Of a stretch of DNA of 12,864 nucleotides, positions 1-5,859 are shown in pieces. Every line of letters begins with the position of its first letter. Positions within the stretch are counted from its first letter, which is position 1. Location of the stretch: NCBI GenBank assembly GCA_016839785.1, contig JAEOTQ010000173.1, positions 1-12,864 on the forward strand, written 5' to 3'. The DNA is from Candidatus Hodarchaeota archaeon. Lineage in GTDB: Archaea; Asgardarchaeota; Heimdallarchaeia; Hodarchaeales; Hodarchaeaceae. A program made the translations under genes and the position numbers. The notes beneath the pieces were generated by a model. The model did not search any database, was not told where the DNA came from, and saw only the letters and a list, made by a program, of their open reading frames with translations.

Positions 1-198
1 GGGAACGTAGCGAAGCTAGTGGACTCGCTAGTTTCTAGCGAGACCGGACAAGTATCGCGCCGGGCTCCAGAACCCCTGTGAACTCCACTGGGTTGACTGA
101 AACTCATGATGAAGTTCTGGAAAAATGAGGAAACTCGGTGTCATTCTTGCTTGTCGCAAGATGAACGAAAATCGCCAGTTCAAATCTGGCCGTTCCCA
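1..198 (+). tRNA. tRNA-Trp(CCA) with three introns (20-51 at tRNA position 18/19; 71-132 at 37/38; 141-170 at 45/46)
   Basis: Removing the three inserts gives a 74-nt cloverleaf: GGGAACG TA GCGA AGCTAG|GTA TCGC G CCGGG CTCCAG|A CTCGG TG|ATC GCCAG TTCAAAT CTGGC CGTTCCC A. Acceptor 1-7 pairs with 191-197, T-arm 174-190, anticodon CCA at 67-69. Junctions fit relaxed BHB geometry (2-3 of 4 central bp), so they may be off by 1 nt. CCA end not encoded. Confidence 0.9.
71..132 (+). ncRNA. Intron-encoded box C/D guide RNA (predicted Cm34 and Cm39 of pre-tRNA-Trp)
   Basis: C-like GTGAACT 78-84, 12-nt spacer, D' CTGA 97-100, C' ATGATGA 106-112, 12-nt spacer, D-like ATGA 125-128. 114-121 pairs with 66-73, with the fifth base upstream of D opposite C67 (tRNA position 34). 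86-94 pairs with 132-140, with the fifth base upstream of D' opposite C134 (position 39). Same layout as the known Haloferax/Pyrococcus tRNA-Trp intron guide. Confidence 0.8.
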
Positions 199-586
199 CT
201 TCCCTTATTAATGAAATTCCTGTAAAATAGGTCACTATTTTTTTTTGCATCTAAGTCCAGATTGAGTTCAGGTGGATACGATTAGAAACTTTTCTAGGAT
301 CTAATACCAAAAAGCAGTATATTAGGGACGTACAGGATTGAAGAATTAAGAAATTATTGGCTGTGAACAATTTATTTCTCTTAAATAATGTGAAATACAC
401 CAAAGGAAGGAGTGGGTTTTACAGTAAACAGATAAATGTCATTAAGAAGAAGCAAAAAACAGAAGAAAACCAGTTCTAGTAGATAGAAATACTTCTTTCA
501 ATGCGGAGAAGAGACTAGCAAGCTGCTACGAACTGATAAATCTGACTATATTAGTAATTTCAATAGAACCCATTTGGAAGTGACAA

Positions 587-898
587 TTGTTGCAATATTT
601 ACACGCTGCACTAGTATTACACTCATCAGGAAAAGGAATTTCTGAAAAAGGAATAACGGCAATTATTAAAGCGGCTGGTGATAAACCAGACGAAGCCAAG
701 ATTAAGGCTTTAGTTTCGACACTAGAATCAGTAGACATTGATGAAGCCATTAAAGGAGCAAGCTTTGTGGCTGCAGCTGCACCTGGAACCACAAGTACAG
801 CAGATTCTGGGAAGGAAGCTGCCGTTAGCACGACAGAACCTGAGGAAGAAGAGGAAGAAGAAGGCGACGATCTCGGTTTATCTTCACTATTCGGTTGA
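587..898 (+). CDS. rpl12: Ribosomal stalk protein aP1 / L12p (P1/P2 family)
   Basis: N-terminus QYLHAALVLHSSGK.I, Ala-rich hinge, acidic tail ending GLSSLFG. TTG start at 587 or 590. Confidence 0.95.
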   Translation: MLQYLHAALVLHSSGKGISEKGITAIIKAAGDKPDEAKIKALVSTLESVDIDEAIKGASFVAAAAPGTTSTADSGKEAAVSTTEPEEEEEEEGDDLGLSSLFG

Positions 899-938
899 TA
901 ACTTCCGATAGTAGTCCTCATACTTTCTATACCATAAT

Positions 939-990
939 TTAGTGACTCATCGTCAACATCAGAGTCATTAATTCTTTCTTTTTATTTGTT
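939..990 (+). terminator. Hairpin plus T-rich tract downstream of rpl12
   Basis: TTAGTGACTC (939-948) pairs with GAGTCATTAA (962-971), one G-U pair, 13-nt loop, followed by TTCTTTCTTTTTATTT. Confidence 0.4.
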
Positions 991-1182
991 TTATTCGTTT
1001 AAGAATTGTATTTTTCTTACCCACTTACATAATGCTAAATCGGAATGAATAATCCCGATTTGAGAAATTTAAATGTCAAATTCATCAAAAAGGATATTCT
1101 AAAAATACCTTGGAAAAATTAATGATTTAAGAGCTGGAACAAATTTTTGAGGTGTTTCAAGTAAACGTATAAATAAAATTAT

Positions 1183-1279
1183 GGGCCGATGGTGAAGCTG
1201 GTATCACGCTGCCTTCGCAAGGCAGAGATCGCTCGAAAGCGACTGTATCCCCCGAGTTCAAATCTCGGTCGGTCCACCA
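1183..1279 (+). tRNA. tRNA-Ala(CGC) with a 21-nt intron (1228-1248) at position 45/46
   Basis: Acceptor GGGCCGA/TCGGTCC with the G3:U70 Ala identity pair, anticodon CGC 1216-1218, T-arm 1252-1268, encoded CCA 1277-1279. Clean BHB: central helix GCAG 1222-1225/CTGT 1243-1246, bulges AG|A and AT|C, inner hairpin TCGCT-CGAA-AGCGA. Confidence 0.95.
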
Positions 1280-1315
1280 TAATCATGATAATAGAAAACG
1301 TTGAATGGAATTTAA

Positions 1316-2353
1316 ATGTCAGTTAAAGCAAATACGCATAAAAATGAGTTATTAAACAGTGCAAAAAGGGAGTTCCGCAACGCTGGATACACACTATCTG
1401 ATAATAGTATTAATTCCTCCTCCTTTGATTTTATTGCTAAGAAAAATGAAAATCAGACACCTTTTGAAACAAAAAAGATGATTATTCGCGTTTTAGCTGA
1501 ATTAGATTTATTCAAAATTCATACATCCCAAGATCTTCGATTAATTGCCAAGTTAATCCAAGGTAATCCTTTGCTAATTGCAAAATTTGCAACTGGAAAG
1601 AGAATAAAACCTTCTACCCTTTATACACGTCATGAAGTTCCAGCGATATCACTGCAAACTTTGAGAACTGTCCTTCACGATGAAGTCTCAGGAAAAGGGC
1701 CCAAAATAACTAAAATCACACGTAGAGGGGGAATTTTTGTAAATCTTTCAACTTCGCGTTTTATTGAGAGAAGAAAACAGCTTGGGTTGGATATCAGTCT
1801 CCTAGCTGACAGGCTTGGGATCTCACGTCAATCATTATATAAATATGAGAAGGGTGATAGCAAACCGAAATTAGAAAGTTACGCCCGTATTATTGAGATT
1901 ATGGGGCTTGATCTTGATCATCCTGTTGATATCTTTAAAAAGACTGACAAAGACTTAGATTTCGATATCAATGAAATTTTTAAACCTAAATCGTCACTAC
2001 AAAAAGAAATTTCTGGTTACCTTCAAGAAAAAGGGATTCAGATTCTGTGGTTCAGAAAAGAGCTTTTTGATGGCATGTTTGTCAACGAACACCAAGAAGA
2101 GGTTAACAAAAGTGATATAAATACAGGAACCTCAATTATTACTGGTGTTACTTCAACAAATGAAGAAAAGGATAATGATCGTATATTACTATTGGACAAA
2201 CTCTCCTATTTCCTAGGAAAAAAAGGGATTTGGTTTGAGGACGAAGAATCGGGAAAGGAATCAAAATCAATTAAAACTACGAATTTCTTTACAATATTGA
2301 CAATTTCTGATTTGGAACGTATGGGAAACAAAGAACTTTCAAAATTTCTGTAA
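1316..2353 (+). CDS. Archaeal putative HTH-type transcriptional regulator (COG1395-like; N-terminal nuclease-fold-like domain plus XRE/Cro HTH)
   Basis: SSFDFIAKK and ..RRGGIFV motifs, followed by HTH RRKQLGLDISLLADRLGISRQSLYKYEKG. 345 aa is typical for the family. Confidence 0.8.
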   Translation: MSVKANTHKNELLNSAKREFRNAGYTLSDNSINSSSFDFIAKKNENQTPFETKKMIIRVLAELDLFKIHTSQDLRLIAKLIQGNPLLIAKFATGKRIKPSTLYTRHEVPAISLQTLRTVLHDEVSGKGPKITKITRRGGIFVNLSTSRFIERRKQLGLDISLLADRLGISRQSLYKYEKGDSKPKLESYARIIEIMGLDLDHPVDIFKKTDKDLDFDINEIFKPKSSLQKEISGYLQEKGIQILWFRKELFDGMFVNEHQEEVNKSDINTGTSIITGVTSTNEEKDNDRILLLDKLSYFLGKKGIWFEDEESGKESKSIKTTNFFTILTISDLERMGNKELSKFL

Positions 2354-2605
2354 GAATCTAATACTCCTCTAGGGAATAAATCCAATTATCAAGAAAGAAA
2401 TTATGAATCATAATGATAGAAAGGAAATTAAAACCTATTCATTTGACCCCGTCTCGTACAATTACAGACATTGCCAGCCCTGAATGTAAAGGTATGACGT
2501 TTCCAATAAAGTTTAGGGTTAAACAACAAAAGCGATAGAGATTATTCAATAATTGGTAAAGTGATTTGACAAAACTTTCTAGTATATTTGATAGAGGTAT
2601 AATAC

Positions 2606-3058
2606 ATGTCTAAAAAAGAAAATGCGCAAGAAGAAACAAAAGAGTCATCAGTACCTTGGATTCCAGGCTTTAAAAAGCCAACAATTGATTTCAGAAGACC
2701 AAATTTCGAACTTCCCTACGAGGCACCTCACAAATACATTATATTCGTTATTATTCTTTCTACTATCTTTATATTAGCAGGAGGCATATATGATATTGCT
2801 GAAAATCCTTTACCGATGGGACAAACTCAATCTGCGCTTGTTCCTGTTTTTCAATCACCTAGCGAACAATTTCTGATAGAATCGCTGATTGCTGCTCTGT
2901 TTTTTGGCCTTGGAGCAGGTGGACTTTTCATGATTAGATATTCCACACGTTTTGCATATGATGTTAGAACATCCATTACTCTCTTAATCCTTGGTATTAC
3001 TCTTACCATCATCGCTGCTGGTGGAACAGTAATTATGTACGACTTCAAAACAAGCTAG
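2606..3058 (+). CDS. Oligosaccharyltransferase accessory subunit, OSTC/DC2-like (OST3/OST6 membrane-domain family)
   Basis: 150 aa with three hydrophobic segments. Motifs FILAGGIYDI..NP and QFLIESL.A..FF.LG..G resemble eukaryotic OSTC (GGIIYDVI.EP, QYIMEGLAS.FLF.MG..G, from recall). Confidence 0.8.
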   Translation: MSKKENAQEETKESSVPWIPGFKKPTIDFRRPNFELPYEAPHKYIIFVIILSTIFILAGGIYDIAENPLPMGQTQSALVPVFQSPSEQFLIESLIAALFFGLGAGGLFMIRYSTRFAYDVRTSITLLILGITLTIIAAGGTVIMYDFKTS

Positions 3059-3080
3059 TATAATTATAACCATCCGTTTT

Positions 3081-3264
3081 GCCGGGGTTTCAGTCAATAA
3101 CTGGGATGAATTAAATCCTCAACGACCCGATAGCCAAGCGGACGGGTTTATACTTTATAATGCCCTGTATTACGGCGCTGGCCTTGAGATCTCGATAATC
3201 AATTATTGAGGTTAGATAGCCAGTGTACAATGTGTACTCGAGGGTTCAAATCCCTCCCCCGGCG
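3081..3264 (+). tRNA. tRNA-Ser(TGA) with three introns (3089-3131 at 8/9; about 3144-3170 in the D-loop; 3189-3217 at 37/38)
   Basis: Acceptor GCCGGGG 3081-3087/CCCCGGC 3257-3263, discriminator G3264, anticodon stem CTGGC 3178-3182/GCCAG 3219-3223, anticodon TGA 3185-3187, long variable arm GTACA/TGTAC, T-arm 3240-3256. Spliced length about 85 nt. Each insert has BHB-like junctions. Confidence 0.9.
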
Positions 3265-3430
3265 CTTAACTATGAATAAACTGGGATTTTTCTTTTGAGG
3301 ATTTTTCTCCAATAATTTAGATACTCCTTAGCCAATATAAAGAAGCTTCTAAGGAGGTAGAGCTAGAACCAATAATGCTTTTAACTCCAAATTATTCACC
3401 CCAGCTGAACATTCTAGCAACAAGAATTGC

Positions 3431-3766
3431 ATGGATATACTGGAGAAAGATATTTTGGTATCCGTAGCGCGTATTCGATTAATGAGCACTGATGTCGGAC
3501 AACTAGACGGCATTTGCAAAGAAATGAAGAGGATAGCAGATAAATCGGGGGTAAAGATGAGAGGTCCAATTCCTTTACCAACAAAAAAATTGAATTTACC
3601 CGTTAGAAAATCACCTAGCGGCCAAGGAACTGCGACTTGGGAGAATTATGAGCTTCGAATACATAAGCGGTTAATCGATATTGATGCGGATGACCGGACT
3701 ATGAGACAAATTATTCGACTAAATGTCTCTCGCACTATTTTTGTTGAAATTGAATTACGAACTTAA
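3431..3766 (+). CDS. rps10: 30S ribosomal protein uS10
   Basis: Motifs ARIRLMST, GPIPLPTK.L..PVRKSP.GQGTATWE.YELRIHKRLIDI. True start may be a few codons downstream. Confidence 0.97.
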   Translation: MDILEKDILVSVARIRLMSTDVGQLDGICKEMKRIADKSGVKMRGPIPLPTKKLNLPVRKSPSGQGTATWENYELRIHKRLIDIDADDRTMRQIIRLNVSRTIFVEIELRT

Positions 3767-3782
3767 ACTGAAGGAATAGAAA

Positions 3783-4358
3783 ATGAGTGCTTCAGATACC
3801 ATGAAAATATTTGGACTTTGGGATTCCCAAGATGTTGAAGTCGCCGATATCAGTCTAAAACGATATATAAATCTCGAAGAACGATTTTTACCTCATAGTT
3901 CAGGACGACATGAGCATAAACGATTTCACAAGTCATATGTCCATATTGTTGAGCGTCTTGCCAACAAATTGATGAGTCCAGGTAAAAATACAGGAAAAAA
4001 AATACTAGCTCTCAATATTGTTAAAGCAGCCATGCAAATTATTGAATTGAAAACCAATCAAAATCCAATTCAAGTAATTGTTGATGCTATAGTTAACTGT
4101 GCACCTCGAGAAGAAACCACTCGAATTTCCTATGGAGGAATTGTATATCATACCGCAGTCGATAGCGCACCGCAGAGAAGAGTTGATGTAGCACTTCGAT
4201 TACTCGCTAATGCGGTAAGAAGATCTTCATTCAACAATGTACGCGCAGTGGACGAAATTTTAGCAGAACAATTAATTCTTGCAGGTACAAACAATACAAA
4301 CTCAAGCGCAATAAAAAGAAAACAGGATATTGAACGTGTAGCGTTAAGTGCACGGTAA
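3783..4358 (+). CDS. rps7: 30S ribosomal protein uS7 (archaeal/eukaryotic type)
   Basis: PHSSGRHEHKRF.K, NPIQV.VDAI.N.APREETTRISYGG, AVD.AP.RRVDVALR, C-terminal ERVALSAR. Confidence 0.97.
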   Translation: MSASDTMKIFGLWDSQDVEVADISLKRYINLEERFLPHSSGRHEHKRFHKSYVHIVERLANKLMSPGKNTGKKILALNIVKAAMQIIELKTNQNPIQVIVDAIVNCAPREETTRISYGGIVYHTAVDSAPQRRVDVALRLLANAVRRSSFNNVRAVDEILAEQLILAGTNNTNSSAIKRKQDIERVALSAR

Positions 4359-4470
4359 AATATTTCTAAATTATTTCTCCTCTTATTGCACACAGGCAAA
4401 TCTGCATTTTTTCGGAAGAATTATCACTCTGGACTTTGATTATTTGGTCTAGATAGTCAGATATATGAGA

Positions 4471-5811
4471 TTACTCACTAGATATTAGTTCGTTTACAAT
4501 ACCTACAGCTATTGTACTTCCAGAATGCCGTAAGATTATTCTTCCTAGCTCTGCGTAGTCTGTGAATTTCTCAACAACAAGAGGTGCATTGATAATTAAA
4601 TCCACTTCTACTAATTCCCCTTCGAATGCTATCGTAATGCGTCCATCAAAATCTCTTGGTAATTTTTTATATTTTGGGCTTTTATTCAGAATTTTCGTAA
4701 TTGACTCAATTTGAGCGGTAGAATATGAAGCACCACAATGAAAAACAACTGATGATCCTGGAACAAACGTACCTTCTAAAATTAAAAGTCGAGAGCGAAT
4801 TTTTGTACTAAACTGATATTTTGTGTTCCTAGGAGCTAACACTATGCCTTCTTCCAAGATATCTTTAGGCAAGTTTCTCAATAAAACTGATCCGTGTTCT
4901 CCTGGATTGAGAAATTCTTGCTTATCATCCTCAACCCATAATTCTTTGATTTCTGATTCTATCCCTTGAGGGAGTATTTTCACTTTTTCCCCAGAGTTAA
5001 GTGGCTGACACAGGACTTTTCCTAATAAAAATGTCCCAAATCCATGTCTCTCTATTATATCATAACCTACGAACCGCATCTCCATATCTTTCTCATATTT
5101 TACTCCTTCCAACGAATTCAAAGCTTCTAAAAGTGTTTGACCTTGATACCATTCCATTTGGCTTGAATGTTCTGATAGATTCTCCCCAGCTAAACCACTG
5201 ATCGGAATAAAAGGTATACTATCAATTTGTTGAGTCCAAGGAGATTGGATCTCCCGAAATAGCTGTTTTATTTTTTCAACTGCTTCGTGATATCTCTCCT
5301 GTGTGTAACCGACTTGATCCATTTTATTTATGGCAATTATTACTTGATTAATTCCTAGTACGGAGGCTAAAATTGCATGTTCTCTTGTTTGACCCCCTGG
5401 ATCTTGAGGGCCTCCTACCTTCAATCCCGATTTCAAATCATTTGGTACTGCACTTATCACTAATACGCAAGCATCTGCCTGAGATGCTCCTCGAATCATA
5501 TTCTTTACAAAATCCCTATGACCCGGAGAATCAATCAACATAAAGTTTCTTTCTTTTGTTTCAAATGGATAAAAAGCAATATCAGATGTAATACCTCGTT
5601 GTTTTTCCTCTGGAAGTGTATCAAGGACGTAAGCCCACTTCCATGATTCCATTTGATGTTCGATAGCTTCTTCCTCTAGTTTTTCTATCACCCGAACATC
5701 AATAGCGCCAATCTGCGATAGAAGATGGCCCAATGTAGTAGATTTACCATGATCCACATGGCCAATCCATATCAAAGAAATAGTTGGTTTGGAATTAACC
5801 ATAAGAATCAC
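4471..5811 (-). CDS. EF-1alpha-family translational GTPase, divergent paralog (Hbs1/eRF3-like features)
   Basis: G1 GHVDHGKST, RGIT, G3 DSPGH, GQTREH, G4 NKMD, G5 SGL, with domains II and III present but divergent. Likely start is ATG at 5802. Confidence 0.9.
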   Translation of the reverse strand: MILMVNSKPTISLIWIGHVDHGKSTTLGHLLSQIGAIDVRVIEKLEEEAIEHQMESWKWAYVLDTLPEEKQRGITSDIAFYPFETKERNFMLIDSPGHRDFVKNMIRGASQADACVLVISAVPNDLKSGLKVGGPQDPGGQTREHAILASVLGINQVIIAINKMDQVGYTQERYHEAVEKIKQLFREIQSPWTQQIDSIPFIPISGLAGENLSEHSSQMEWYQGQTLLEALNSLEGVKYEKDMEMRFVGYDIIERHGFGTFLLGKVLCQPLNSGEKVKILPQGIESEIKELWVEDDKQEFLNPGEHGSVLLRNLPKDILEEGIVLAPRNTKYQFSTKIRSRLLILEGTFVPGSSVVFHCGASYSTAQIESITKILNKSPKYKKLPRDFDGRITIAFEGELVEVDLIINAPLVVEKFTDYAELGRIILRHSGSTIAVGIVNELISSE

Positions 5812-5859
5812 TGCCTAGAATAAGGCTGAATATAAAAAAGAATGAGAAAAAAGAAAAGT

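Noticed and set aside
526-921. 131-aa minus-strand ORF
   Set aside because: Antisense shadow of rpl12; its Ser run mirrors the Glu codons.
1226-1251. Long variable arm in tRNA-Ala
   Set aside because: Ala tRNAs have short variable loops, and the insert forms a clean BHB intron.
2403-2538. Short ORFs (26 and 41 aa) between the HTH gene and the OSTC-like gene
   Set aside because: No recognisable motif; expected by chance.
2851-3048. 65-aa minus-strand ORF
   Set aside because: Antisense to the OSTC-like gene.
3081-3264. tRNA-Sec or suppressor reading of the TGA tRNA
   Set aside because: Anticodon TGA reads the Ser codon UCA. tRNA-Sec needs anticodon TCA and a longer acceptor stem; this one has 7 bp.
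4148-4399. 83-aa minus-strand ORF
   Set aside because: Antisense to rps7.
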